NCBI GenBank assembly: GCA_964514575.1
Contig: CAZETJ010000001.1
Span: 56,014 to 120,013 of the forward strand
Length of the DNA: 64,000 nt
Direction: 5' to 3'
Source: an uncultured Candidatus Saccharibacteria bacterium
GTDB lineage: Bacteria; Patescibacteriota; Saccharimonadia; Saccharimonadales; UBA10212
The position numbers were made by a program, and so were the translations under genes. The notes below the pieces were generated by a model that was given only the letters and a program-made list of their open reading frames with translations, was not told where the DNA came from and did not search any database. The first letter of the stretch is position 1. Every line of letters begins with the position of its first letter. This document shows positions 20,777 through 31,111 of the stretch, piece after piece.

Positions 20777-21657
20777 AAACGTCCTCCTACAAACTTAAGC
20801 ACCAACCAGCGTACTGGAGAGGTTTTGGCATATCGAAGTGTTCGTATGTAGGGCAGCTTGCTCTGTCGTCGGTGATGCCAAACGACCTGCTTTGGGTGAT
20901 CGTGCGGAGTTTTATAGCCGGCGAATTTTTCCAGCTGTTGCAATACCAGAGGATTTTGATACTTATAGACTAAGACGCTAAGCACGGTTTGATCATGCCT
21001 AAAAAGTCGGCAATTCCTTAGCGGAGGATTATCCATATAATGTATCCCTGCGTTGCGGCTCATTTCTGATTTGGACCAGCCCAGGTTGTCACCCTCTTTA
21101 ACGGCTTCATAAACCTTGTCTATAATAGATGAATAGAATTTGCTGTGCTTGTTAAAGCCTATAATGCCTGCCGCAATCACAGGCTCATTAGCAAATTTTT
21201 TGTCTAGTTTATATTTCTCAAAAAAATCGTCAGGCGTTATATCTCTAACCAAATGGGGATGGTTTTTATCAGACTGACTGACCAGAGCGTATCCGTACTT
21301 ATCCATCAAACTGACAAATGGCTGCAGGCTTCTCAAGACTTCGACTCCGGCATCCAAATATAGAAAATTATCACCAGGAGTGTATTTCCAAATCCAGACC
21401 TTCCAGCTCCAGCACTGCTTCCAGTACTTGGTAAAAGCCGGCACGGAGCTTACCGTAACATTGGGCAGACCTTTAAGTATCCAGTGCTGTAATGGCCTCA
21501 GGCCTAGATCATAAATATATAGCTGGTACTTAATGCCGGCACTAGACTCAAGACTCCCCGCCAGATTAAGAACGCTCTTAAAATATTTGGCATCACAGGC
21601 GGTAGCTATAGCAAGGTCTTGATGTGGAATTTTTCCAAAATGTTTCGTGGCTGCCAT
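20770..21657 (-). CDS. Putative GT-A fold glycosyltransferase (DUF1647-like)
   Basis: IYDLGL, WK, LYLDAG, RHDQTVLS motifs; within the glycan operon. Confidence 0.6.
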   Translation of the reverse strand: MAATKHFGKIPHQDLAIATACDAKYFKSVLNLAGSLESSAGIKYQLYIYDLGLRPLQHWILKGLPNVTVSSVPAFTKYWKQCWSWKVWIWKYTPGDNFLYLDAGVEVLRSLQPFVSLMDKYGYALVSQSDKNHPHLVRDITPDDFFEKYKLDKKFANEPVIAAGIIGFNKHSKFYSSIIDKVYEAVKEGDNLGWSKSEMSRNAGIHYMDNPPLRNCRLFRHDQTVLSVLVYKYQNPLVLQQLEKFAGYKTPHDHPKQVVWHHRRQSKLPYIRTLRYAKTSPVRWLVLKFVGGRFW

Positions 21658-21666
21658 CTTTGTCTT

Positions 21667-22647
21667 TTACCAACGCGTCAGAAACTGATAATACGAGTCT
21701 GTGTCTTTAAGCCACCGTTGATAACCGGCTTTGCTCTCGTCGTGTGCCTGTCGACCTAGCTTATGCCAGTCCAGTTTCGCGATGTCTGCCCAAGGCTGGA
21801 GATCAGACAATAGGTGAGCGTGAGATTGGCCGAAGAAGATTTTACGTGTCCGATTTCGAGCTCTACTAGCTAGTCGGCGGCTGTAAACGTTATCACACAA
21901 ATAGCCTGTTCGATTATGTTTAATATACTCATTCATTGTTGGGGCATTGTAAGCTATTACGGCCGCACCGCGTGCCATCGCCTCAATAAAAGTCATACCC
22001 ACCCCTTCCACTGATCGAGGAGCGAAGTAAATGTTTGATTCTTGAACCACTTCAAGATATTTTTGTTGATCCATCTCATGGACTGTCTCAACCATGGAGG
22101 GGCCGAGTTTATTGCCAAGTTCGTAATACATTTTTTGTGGGACTCCGGGATCAAGATCAGACCGAAAGATTAGCTTATCTGCTCCAGTTGCTATGCATAG
22201 CTTTCGCAAAAAATCTGGACCGATTAGACCCGTACGATTCCAGTAGTAGATCACCCTTTTATCCCAGGTCGCGGGTTTGAATCTTTCCGAATCTTTGAAA
22301 TAAGTAAGATGAATTGACGGCAATCCAGCCTGCCTAACCTGTTTATATAAGGCCGTGGAAAAGCAGACGACTCGTAAATGTTTGGGCAGGGCTTGCCACC
22401 AAGCCTGGCTATTCCCATGAACATTATCCCACATAGGGATCCACACGACTTTGGAGGTAGGGTCGCTTAATAAAACATCAGGTGGTGCTACTTGGCAAAA
22501 AAGCTGAGGCGTACCGGGATCGGGCTGCCATTTTTTTATGTCAACAAGCTCAACTTCCAATTTTTGTTTCAAGGAATCGACCACTAAATCATGGAACGCG
22601 CCACTCCTTGATAAGTGCCAGTCCATGCAATATGCGTTGAGTTTCAT
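21667..22647 (-). CDS. Putative GT-B glycosyltransferase
   Basis: EGVGMTFIEAMARG EX7E motif. Confidence 0.75.
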   Translation of the reverse strand: MKLNAYCMDWHLSRSGAFHDLVVDSLKQKLEVELVDIKKWQPDPGTPQLFCQVAPPDVLLSDPTSKVVWIPMWDNVHGNSQAWWQALPKHLRVVCFSTALYKQVRQAGLPSIHLTYFKDSERFKPATWDKRVIYYWNRTGLIGPDFLRKLCIATGADKLIFRSDLDPGVPQKMYYELGNKLGPSMVETVHEMDQQKYLEVVQESNIYFAPRSVEGVGMTFIEAMARGAAVIAYNAPTMNEYIKHNRTGYLCDNVYSRRLASRARNRTRKIFFGQSHAHLLSDLQPWADIAKLDWHKLGRQAHDESKAGYQRWLKDTDSYYQFLTRW

Positions 22648-23819
22648 TTTGCTTTGTCCCTAGGAGTATTCATTATCTCAGAAAAGTAGGTCCTAAGCCT
22701 GTTCAAAAAAAGATCAGGAGAATGTCTCTTGAGGGCCGTAGCCCGTGCCTTTTTTGAACGCATTTTAAGCTCAGACTCCTTCAAGTTAGCAGCTTGCTTC
22801 ACGACTCGGCGAATCCTGGTAATACTAACCGGCTCGACTAAAAAACCAAAACCAGCAATATCTATGTGGGCGTCACGACTAACTACCGGTATCAAGCCTT
22901 CGTTCATGCACTCCAGCATCGAGCCGGGCTGGCCCTCGCTACACGATGGTAAAATGGCAAAGCCGCATTTATCCATCGCGTTATAAAACGCCGGAGATCT
23001 GAAAGCCCCAGGCCCGATCCAATGGATATTAGGAGCCGCCAGAGCTTCTTTATAAAATTCGAGCACACTCGGTTCGATATAAGCCATAATGTAAAGCTGT
23101 TGAGAGAGTCCCAGGAAAGCTTCGATCGTTAAGTCCAAACCTTTGTGTATTCCGCCGCCGCCTGCAAAAAACAAAAAATTATCCCTAGTTTTTAAAAAGT
23201 CCTTATGAACACTATCTGGGCGCGAATCTGGGTAGCAGGCTAGATTCAAATTGTAGACTCTAGGAAAATTACGGTAGGTTTTTCGCACATCTTTGTTGCC
23301 GAGGGCAATAATAGCCTCGGCATCTCGGTTTACCTGCTCCTCAGGGTGCGTGATGAGCCTATCATACGGAAGTTGTACGCCATGTCTTTTGGCGAAGGCT
23401 CGGAAACGGGCGCGTTCTTGGGAGTTATGATATCGCCAATAGCTGCCAGAGGAGAAATAGACAATTGCACCGCTCGACTTGACCAGGGGGGCAAGCTGCC
23501 CATAGTTAATGCCTCCGTGCTGGACCAAAAGATCATACGGTTTATCTGCCGAGAAGTTTTTATCATCCCAACTGACAATATCTACTATGTACCCGGCTTC
23601 ATTAAGGGCTCTTGGCAACGTTCTAGCAATGCCACGGTTACTAAACTCATTTTCAGCTCCGCCCGCCAAATCATCTCTGACCGGGTCGGGGAGATAGGAT
23701 AAAAGGGCTCTGCCGAGTGGCTGTTTTAGGTATCGATTGTAATTAAGTAGAGGTTGGCCTGTGGCGACTGGCGGCCTTCTTGTTCTTGGCAGCAATTTGA
23801 GTAGACTATTCTTAAACAT
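22644..23819 (-). CDS. GT4-like glycosyltransferase
   Basis: HKGLDL, PSCSEGQPGSMLECM. Confidence 0.82.
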   Translation of the reverse strand: MFKNSLLKLLPRTRRPPVATGQPLLNYNRYLKQPLGRALLSYLPDPVRDDLAGGAENEFSNRGIARTLPRALNEAGYIVDIVSWDDKNFSADKPYDLLVQHGGINYGQLAPLVKSSGAIVYFSSGSYWRYHNSQERARFRAFAKRHGVQLPYDRLITHPEEQVNRDAEAIIALGNKDVRKTYRNFPRVYNLNLACYPDSRPDSVHKDFLKTRDNFLFFAGGGGIHKGLDLTIEAFLGLSQQLYIMAYIEPSVLEFYKEALAAPNIHWIGPGAFRSPAFYNAMDKCGFAILPSCSEGQPGSMLECMNEGLIPVVSRDAHIDIAGFGFLVEPVSITRIRRVVKQAANLKESELKMRSKKARATALKRHSPDLFLNRLRTYFSEIMNTPRDKAK

Positions 23820-23828
23820 CGTTTTGAA

Positions 23829-24578
23829 CTAATTTTTTCTAGCAATCAGCAAATACGTACCATAGTGAGCACTCGGGTTACGACCAGCTTTGCGCGGTAG
23901 CACCTTTTTATATAGAGGCTTGTAATTCTTCAAATATTTTTCCAGATCGTCTTCGTTAACTTTAATGGGGTGCCCAATATCCTTCCAGGAATCCGGAGCT
24001 TTTTTGTAGTCTTCCTGGTTTGACAAATCCTGGCCGAGTACTAAGATGCCCCCTTTTTTTAGGACTCTGTCCATTTGGGCCATACACCTTCCGAGGTCGA
24101 ATACGTGATCAAGGACATTCACACACACGGTCAAGTCCACCAATCCTTGCTGGTAGGGCAGCTCCTCCAGGGGCGCTGAGCTTATGTGGATTCGGTAAGA
24201 CTTGTCTTTGAAAAGTGATTGCAAAAAGATTGGCTGAACGATCGGAGCCGATCGGCGAAGTACCCTAGACAGGCGCGATGAGGGCGGTACACCGGGCATG
24301 AAATCCAAATAGGACTGTATAAGGGGATCTTCCAAGTAGATTTCCTTAGCGGTAATGTGTGGCAGGATTAGCCTCAGGTTAGTATGTGGACCGCAGCCAA
24401 CCTCAAGCACCTTGGGGAACTTTTTACCTTGCAGAACCTTGTAGCCTTCAAACCTGTCTTTCCACCACCTGTTCCAGTCATCATGGGCGCCCATAATACT
24501 GTAGATTGCTTCTACCTCAAATGCCTGGGCTTTTCGCCAGCGTTCGGTAGAAACTTTTGTGACGGTGACTTTTTTCAC
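23829..24578 (-). CDS. Class I SAM-dependent methyltransferase
   Basis: VLEVGCGP, NVLDHV, RVLKKGG. Confidence 0.87.
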   Translation of the reverse strand: MKKVTVTKVSTERWRKAQAFEVEAIYSIMGAHDDWNRWWKDRFEGYKVLQGKKFPKVLEVGCGPHTNLRLILPHITAKEIYLEDPLIQSYLDFMPGVPPSSRLSRVLRRSAPIVQPIFLQSLFKDKSYRIHISSAPLEELPYQQGLVDLTVCVNVLDHVFDLGRCMAQMDRVLKKGGILVLGQDLSNQEDYKKAPDSWKDIGHPIKVNEDDLEKYLKNYKPLYKKVLPRKAGRNPSAHYGTYLLIARKN

Positions 24579-26230
24579 TACTTGGCTTCTTCTTTCTGAC
24601 CCAACAAGATTACAGGCGTCAGTGATTGAGTATCCGGACCATCGGTTAAGCTTACCCTATACGGTCCATCAGGGGGACCGTTTATGTAATAGAACTTGAA
24701 CGAAAAGTTGTTCTTTTTGAGAATTGTCTTCAGTTCATCTGGGGACCACTCTCTTAAGTGCCAATAGTTTTTTGGCGTGCCATCGGCGTTGGTGTTGGCG
24801 GTGCGGCGATTGGGAGTATTAATGACGATAGCCTTTTTGGCGACTCGAGCTAGTTCGCGGAGGAATTCGTCGTATCGTTCAACATGCTCAAGTACATCTA
24901 TGCTGACTATTACGTCAAACTCATTGTCTTTAAAGGGCAGGTGATAACCATCGTAATGGAATAACTTTTTCAGCCTCGGGTTACGGCCTAAAAGGAAGTC
25001 CTCGCAGTACCTAACAGACTTCTCATCAACATCAACTCCGGCGACTTCTTTGGCCTTAATAGACATGATCGTCAGCCCATAACCCAGCCCCATGCCCACA
25101 TCCAAAACCTTATCACCTTCCGATACATATCCGTTCAAGGCTAGGTAGTATGCTTCGCGTTGCACGGGTACTTCCATCGGCGAAATTAGGGTCGAGTATT
25201 CTTTTGGGTCGGGATTAGACACTGGTTGCTCCTTGCTACTTAATTTACGCTTCGCTCTTCTAAGAATTCTTACTGCTCTTCGCAGGGTTCCTATCTTTCT
25301 CAAGGAGTCCTTGCCTTTTTGAAGAGTTGCACTTGGAGTGGACGGGGGAGGCGGTGCCTGTGCGATTTTTTCGAAAAAACTCCGAAAACCGCCCAGCACT
25401 TTATCATTCGTGGCCACATTCTCGGGGAGTTTCAGGCTATTAGCAAACTTTCTATCAGCTTCCCAGGAAAGGCTCCAGGGCGGAGGCTCGGAGCCGGCAT
25501 GGGTGCCGTCGGTGAATCCACCATTTTCGACCATATTTTTTTTAGGCCACACGAAGTATTGCTTGTTGAGTAGGACATTTAGAGCACAGTATACATCCCA
25601 GCCACCATGTAGCTTTCCGCTCTTTAGTTCTTCGACCATACCTTTCATATCCAATCCAGCCGATGTAACGTCCGGCTCCACTGATTTAAGCCTCCTCTTT
25701 AAATTATCAGTATCAAAATCTATCTTTTTCCAAACTGCTTTCCAAGTACCCCAACCCCATGAAGAAAAACGGGGTGCAAAAAAGACATCATGGGGATAGC
25801 CTTTGAAAGCCTCCTGGGGGAAAGGATAGCGTAAGCCAGTTACTCCCGCGATCGATGCATTACCCCCAAAGTGGCTCAAGCATTTGACCATGTAACTATA
25901 AAAGCCAGGAGCTACTTGAACATCGTCTTCAACCACTACTACTTTATCGTAGCTTTTGAATATGTGGTCAACCCCCTTACGGATAGATCTATCAAGACCA
26001 ATATTTTCCTTTTGCTCGACTAAACTAACCTTGGCCCAATCAATCTCCTCAATCATTTCCCGAACACGCTGAACCTTTACAACATCCCCAGCATCGTTAG
26101 CCTTTGGGCCGTCCGAAAAGACATACAAAAGTTCCACGCCACTATCTTTTAAGCAGTCGATAGTGCGCCTTAAAATTTTGTCACGGTTGTACACAAAAAG
26201 AGCGACCGGTACCCTCGTAGTAGGTTTCAT
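24578..26230 (-). CDS. GT-A glycosyltransferase fused to C-terminal SAM methyltransferase
   Basis: N-terminal ALFVYNR/FSDGPK/VVEDD/SSWGWGTW; Pro-rich and basic linker; C-terminal VLDVGMGLG, DVLEHV. Confidence 0.85.
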   Translation of the reverse strand: MKPTTRVPVALFVYNRDKILRRTIDCLKDSGVELLYVFSDGPKANDAGDVVKVQRVREMIEEIDWAKVSLVEQKENIGLDRSIRKGVDHIFKSYDKVVVVEDDVQVAPGFYSYMVKCLSHFGGNASIAGVTGLRYPFPQEAFKGYPHDVFFAPRFSSWGWGTWKAVWKKIDFDTDNLKRRLKSVEPDVTSAGLDMKGMVEELKSGKLHGGWDVYCALNVLLNKQYFVWPKKNMVENGGFTDGTHAGSEPPPWSLSWEADRKFANSLKLPENVATNDKVLGGFRSFFEKIAQAPPPPSTPSATLQKGKDSLRKIGTLRRAVRILRRAKRKLSSKEQPVSNPDPKEYSTLISPMEVPVQREAYYLALNGYVSEGDKVLDVGMGLGYGLTIMSIKAKEVAGVDVDEKSVRYCEDFLLGRNPRLKKLFHYDGYHLPFKDNEFDVIVSIDVLEHVERYDEFLRELARVAKKAIVINTPNRRTANTNADGTPKNYWHLREWSPDELKTILKKNNFSFKFYYINGPPDGPYRVSLTDGPDTQSLTPVILLGQKEEAK

Positions 26231-27051
26231 AATTCTTCCAACTTACGTCTTGATGAGTAAAAATTTTGGTAATCGTCTGACGAGTCAGTAACCGGACCGG
26301 TAAATTTATTAGCACCGCTATTGTAGCGATAAGAATTGTAACCGAAGGATTTCAAGAGATCGAAGGAGTCGCGCACAGTTCCGCCGCTGCCTTTCAAGGG
26401 TATGCCGGATACCTCGAACGACAGGACATCTACCGCTCCCTTTTGCAAAAGGTCTGCTGTCCCTTGCAGAACATCTTTTTCAAAACCTTCCACATCAATC
26501 TTCAGAAAATTAATTTTGCCGATTTGGCGCTCCTTGCAAAACTTATCCAGAGAAATTGTCTTAACCTTCTCCGTGTTAATTGGTTTGACTTCTCCGAACT
26601 GTGGATGACCGAAGGAATTCCAGGCAGAATACTTCGGCTCGAAGACATTCATAGTTAAAGATCCGGGTTTGCTTGAAAGAGCCATTTGATTGGCGCTAAC
26701 ATTCTGGCAGTGGTTAAGCCCCAGGTTTTCGAGTAATCTGCAAAAAGTTTCCTGTACCGGCTCAAACGCATATACGCTTCCTTCAGAGCCGACTTGACGG
26801 CTTAAAAGAGCGCTAAAAATTCCAACATTGGCTCCTACGTCAAAAGTAGTGTCGCCTCGCTTCACTAGCTTCTGGATAGCCAAAAACTCCGGTTTGTAAA
26901 AGTCTCTCGAAATGATGTCCTTGAGCTCCTCGGCTTCCCACGGGTAGTAAACTGCACGTAAGCCCCAGGAATCAGTTACTACTATAGGTTCATCGCAATA
27001 TTTTTTATTTGAGCCCAAATGTCGTGATTGTCGAGGCAGCTTAATTTTCAT
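26227..27051 (-). CDS. FkbM-family methyltransferase
   Basis: DVGANVG, AFEP, FLKIDVEGFE. Confidence 0.92.
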   Translation of the reverse strand: MKIKLPRQSRHLGSNKKYCDEPIVVTDSWGLRAVYYPWEAEELKDIISRDFYKPEFLAIQKLVKRGDTTFDVGANVGIFSALLSRQVGSEGSVYAFEPVQETFCRLLENLGLNHCQNVSANQMALSSKPGSLTMNVFEPKYSAWNSFGHPQFGEVKPINTEKVKTISLDKFCKERQIGKINFLKIDVEGFEKDVLQGTADLLQKGAVDVLSFEVSGIPLKGSGGTVRDSFDLLKSFGYNSYRYNSGANKFTGPVTDSSDDYQNFYSSRRKLEEL

Positions 27052-27054
27052 AGA

Positions 27055-28290
27055 CTAAGCTTTGTCCTGTTGGTAGGTAAAGTCAAAATGAGCTATTGCT
27101 GAGGTAGGCGGCTGCTTCTTCGTACTGTAGAACTCCCGATTGTCAATTTCTAGAAGTGCTCCGCCTTCTACAAGATCAAATATTTCAGAATTTTGTTCGT
27201 CACTAGCCAGAAATAGATCCAGGTAGTATTCTCCGCTTGCTAAATTAACACCCTCAACGTTCAAATAGAGATCGCCTTTTTTTTCGGCTAAATTAATTTG
27301 TTGGTCCAGAACAGTATTCGTAAGATTGGCCAGAGTATCTCCCTTTTGGTCCTTAATCGCGACAGACACCTTAATGTTATCAATGCTTTTACGCGACTTA
27401 TTTAGGTACGACAACTTTAGTTTCAGTGTCCTTTTGGGGGAGAGGAGCGTTTGGCAATTAGTAAAAATCACTTTTCCGCTGCCCTGACGATCCTGTCTTT
27501 TCTCAAGTGATTGTTCGGCCGAGGCCGCGGTACTTGCGGCATACTTGCGGGCTACCTCAGAAACCGGGCCATCCGCCCTAATCGATCCTTCGTTCAACAA
27601 GATCGCCCGACTGCACAGGTTTTGTATGGCTGATATGTTATGGCTTACAAACAAGACCGTTCGTCCCTCTCTGGCCACAGAGCTCATCTTACTTAAACTC
27701 TTTTTTTGAAACGCGGCATCACCTACAGCTAAAACTTCATCAATAATTAGAATCTCTGGTTCTAAATGAGCCGCTACGGCAAAAGCTAATCGCACATACA
27801 TCCCAGACGAGTAATACTTAACAGGCGTGTCTAAGAACTTTTCAACTTCGGAGAAAGCAACAATCTCATCGAACTTAGACTGGATCTCGCGCTTCTTCAT
27901 GCCCAGGATAGCACCGTTCAGAAGGATATTTTCGCGACCAGTTAATTCGGGGTGGAAACCCGTGCCTACCTCAAGCAGGCTAGCAACTTTTCCACGGATG
28001 ATAACTTCTCCATCGGTCGGCTCGACAATCCGCGAGAGGATCTTTAGCAGGGTAGATTTACCAGAGCCATTCTTACCTATAATTCCCACCACCTCACCTT
28101 TGCTAACATTAAAACTGACATCTTTTAGTGCCCAAAACTCTTCTTTCTCTTGTGTCCTCCCGGTCACCAGACTCGAGGGTTTTTTTAGAAGAGCACCGAG
28201 GTCTTCCCGGAGAGTGCGATAATTGGTCTTTTGCAGATGGCTAATCCGATACTTCTTGGATAGGTTCTTAACTTCAATAGTCGGTTTCAT
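27055..28290 (-). CDS. wzt: Polysaccharide ABC exporter ATP-binding subunit with C-terminal Wzt_C domain
   Basis: GKNGSGKST, YSSGMYVRLAF, DEVLAVGD, C-terminal extension. Confidence 0.92.
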   Translation of the reverse strand: MKPTIEVKNLSKKYRISHLQKTNYRTLREDLGALLKKPSSLVTGRTQEKEEFWALKDVSFNVSKGEVVGIIGKNGSGKSTLLKILSRIVEPTDGEVIIRGKVASLLEVGTGFHPELTGRENILLNGAILGMKKREIQSKFDEIVAFSEVEKFLDTPVKYYSSGMYVRLAFAVAAHLEPEILIIDEVLAVGDAAFQKKSLSKMSSVAREGRTVLFVSHNISAIQNLCSRAILLNEGSIRADGPVSEVARKYAASTAASAEQSLEKRQDRQGSGKVIFTNCQTLLSPKRTLKLKLSYLNKSRKSIDNIKVSVAIKDQKGDTLANLTNTVLDQQINLAEKKGDLYLNVEGVNLASGEYYLDLFLASDEQNSEIFDLVEGGALLEIDNREFYSTKKQPPTSAIAHFDFTYQQDKA

Positions 28291-28338
28291 TGTCGTTCTA
28301 GAATCCTGGGTAAAAATTTAAGCCAAACACGGGGAATT

Positions 28339-29199
28339 CTACTTGAGTTCATACTTGCCCCTATACTCTCTAAATAGATGATCGATAGACTTGCGAGCTT
28401 CAACTGGACTCAACTCTAGAAGAAAATCAACGTTCTTATTCCACGGAAATTTTATTTCTCGATCCTTTTTGCCGGCATAGCCTTTCTGGAAAGCTGCCTC
28501 CGGTGTAAGCGATCCAAACGGATTAAGCTCAGAGGGAATCAAGAATGCATTATTGTAGTGAAGTTCAACAAGGTCATATTTGTAACGGCTTGCAAGCGTG
28601 TGCAATTGGCAGATACTTTGCCCGTAAAAGTGATCGCCTGACCACCAGTGACCAGGGATCCACTTCACTGTAAACTTTAAGGGCGGTGGGATTTTTTCGT
28701 TTATTTCGGCGCAGATTAAAGCCGGTCGAAACTCACTTAGAATTTTTGCCAAGACGAAGTAATCGTAGCTATCAATATCAAGGCTTAAAAACCCAAATTT
28801 CTTTGGAGTCCCGTGAGCCTTCAGCAGGGGAATAACATTCTCGGGTGTTATTTTGTTGCGAGATAGACGGGCGCCAGAGAATAACGCATATGACGTCGCT
28901 AACTTTGCAAACTTTTCACCGTCGAATTCAGCGGCTAGCCCTTCCCAACCTTTTTCAAACAGCGCTCTCGTATTCGACGCGCTGGTACCATCACTGGCCG
29001 CTATATCCACACAAAACTTTTGATGAGCGATCTTCCTAAGATATTTTTGGGCCACTTTATCTTCGTCAAGACCAGAATAGCTCTGAGCTCCGGGCAGAGA
29101 TTCTTGGCTGGCAGCCTTCGATCCTGAAGAGCCAAATGTCAGCCGAGAGATTTTCCCCTTACTTTTTTTGACAAATCTGGTCTTGAGTTGATGTCTCAT
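28339..29199 (-). CDS. FkbM-like methyltransferase-fold protein
   Basis: SNTRAL..GWEG, LSLDIDSYDY, EIN motifs; between wzm and wzt. Confidence 0.65.
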   Translation of the reverse strand: MRHQLKTRFVKKSKGKISRLTFGSSGSKAASQESLPGAQSYSGLDEDKVAQKYLRKIAHQKFCVDIAASDGTSASNTRALFEKGWEGLAAEFDGEKFAKLATSYALFSGARLSRNKITPENVIPLLKAHGTPKKFGFLSLDIDSYDYFVLAKILSEFRPALICAEINEKIPPPLKFTVKWIPGHWWSGDHFYGQSICQLHTLASRYKYDLVELHYNNAFLIPSELNPFGSLTPEAAFQKGYAGKKDREIKFPWNKNVDFLLELSPVEARKSIDHLFREYRGKYELK

Positions 29200-29210
29200 A
29201 AGTTTCCTTT

Positions 29211-30026
29211 TTATATGATGTCCGCAAACTGTCTTTCGGTGCGCTTAAAATATGTAATGCCGATTACCAAAATGACAGATGCGGACAAAGTCGAAATACC
29301 CAACTGAGCCCAGTTGATTATGCCTTGGTGTAGAAGGCCTGCGCGCATTGTATTAATCACGCTCGATACCGGATTCAAGCTGAGCAGCCACTGGTATTTA
29401 TGTGCTATGAGACTCACGGGATAAATCACTGGTGTTAAAAAGAGACCGATTTGAATGATGAAGGGCACAATCGAGCGAACATCTCTGTATTTAACATTTA
29501 AAGATCCAAAAAGTATGCCAGCTCCCAGGGCGGTAATAAGGCAAAGTAGTAACATCGGGATAACCAACAAAAGACCCTCTAGTCCGGGAGCTATGTGGTA
29601 GTAGAAGGCTATGCCAGCATAAACAATCGAGGCAAAGAAAAAGTCCACCAAGCCAAGCAATGTCGCCGACATCGGAATAATAATTCGGGGGAAGTAAATT
29701 TTGGTTATAACGCCTTGATTGCCTACAAGGCTATTGCTAATCTGGCCGAAGGCCGAAGCAAAGTAGTTCCAAAAGAGTAGCCCGGTGTAAGAAAAAATAG
29801 CATAGGGCACTGCGCCGGACTTTATGCCCGCTACATGGTTAAAGAATAGGGTGAATATCACCATCGTAGTGAAGGGCTGAATTATAGCCCAGGAAGCACC
29901 TAGTAGAGTTTGTTTATATCGTACCTTTACGTCGCGCCAGGTGAAGTAATAAAAAAGTTCGCGATAATTCCATAACTCTCTCCAGTTTATACGCGCCCTT
30001 TTTTTAGGTTGAATTAGTATTTCCAT
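29211..30026 (-). CDS. wzm: Polysaccharide ABC exporter permease
   Basis: RDVKVRYKQTLLG, KIYFPR, TPVIYP, FADII. Second ATG (30026) preferred over 30041. Confidence 0.92.
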   Translation of the reverse strand: MEILIQPKKRARINWRELWNYRELFYYFTWRDVKVRYKQTLLGASWAIIQPFTTMVIFTLFFNHVAGIKSGAVPYAIFSYTGLLFWNYFASAFGQISNSLVGNQGVITKIYFPRIIIPMSATLLGLVDFFFASIVYAGIAFYYHIAPGLEGLLLVIPMLLLCLITALGAGILFGSLNVKYRDVRSIVPFIIQIGLFLTPVIYPVSLIAHKYQWLLSLNPVSSVINTMRAGLLHQGIINWAQLGISTLSASVILVIGITYFKRTERQFADII

Positions 30027-30116
30027 AAAAACGGGTCCCAAGCATCTACACCCGGGCCCCCATGAGTATAACAGATGGAAAGGGGCTTTGCGAGGTGTGC
30101 CGGGGTACTATAATAT

Positions 30117-31091
30117 ATGAAAATGCATAAAAAACGTTTGACCGTTGCTGTGGCCTATCGAGGTATCCCGCATGCGCGTGGTTGGGCTACAGGGGACAAT
30201 TTAGTTAGAGCTTTCAAGAAACTCGGCCATGATGTTTACCCTTACGGCAACTACTATGGAACCGTCGAGCGTCTGGATAGTCGCCTATTGCCCAAGGATC
30301 TAGACGTTCTAGTTTACTGCGAATGCAACGATCTAGAGCCTCAATATCTGGAGCTAAAGAAACAGAGGGCAAAGGCCAGAGTTTACTGGGATTTTGATGT
30401 GGACAACGGACGACAAAAAAATGCGGGCGAACTTATACGCAGTATTGGCTTCGACGTGATCTGTCACGCAAACAGGCTTTACGACAGCCACTTCAAGAAA
30501 CTCGCGCGAAAAGCGGTTTTTTTGCCGTATGCCTTTGATGAAGAGCACTTCCATAATCTGCGAATAAAACGATCAATCGATGTGGCAATCATCGGGACCC
30601 CGTACGATAAACGGCTTGAGTATGTGGCTAAGCTTAAAAAGCTTGGTGCGAACGTAGAATTTATACAGGGGAGGTATAAAGAAGATTTCGTAAAGACTAT
30701 CAATAGTTTAAAAATTCATTTAAACCTAAATATCTTTGGCCCGGGCGGTAACGGCCTTTTAGTCGGGAGAGTGTGGGAGACTATAGGCTGCGGCACATTC
30801 TTACTTACGCAACGCAAGGATTTTATTGAAGACTTTTTCAAAGATGGGGAGCACTTGGTGCTTTTCGAAACACCCGAAGACTGTGCCGAGAAGATAAAGT
30901 ATTATCTGGCGCATGAAAAGGAAAGAGAAAAAATCGCCAAAGCCGGATACGAATACGGCCTAACCCACCACACTTACGTAGCGCGGGCTCAGACCATTTT
31001 GGATGAATCGAAGAAGCTACTTGAAAATCCAGCGTGGGCTCCGTCACAAAACTGGCGTACAAAGACGGCAGGTTTATTCAAGAAAAGATAG
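30117..31091 (+). CDS. CgeB-like GT-B glycosyltransferase
   Basis: RVWETIGCGTFLLT, YYLAHEKEREKIA, HTY..RA. Confidence 0.8.
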   Translation: MKMHKKRLTVAVAYRGIPHARGWATGDNLVRAFKKLGHDVYPYGNYYGTVERLDSRLLPKDLDVLVYCECNDLEPQYLELKKQRAKARVYWDFDVDNGRQKNAGELIRSIGFDVICHANRLYDSHFKKLARKAVFLPYAFDEEHFHNLRIKRSIDVAIIGTPYDKRLEYVAKLKKLGANVEFIQGRYKEDFVKTINSLKIHLNLNIFGPGGNGLLVGRVWETIGCGTFLLTQRKDFIEDFFKDGEHLVLFETPEDCAEKIKYYLAHEKEREKIAKAGYEYGLTHHTYVARAQTILDESKKLLENPAWAPSQNWRTKTAGLFKKR

Positions 31092-31111
31092 TACGATATC
31101 GCTAGACTAAC

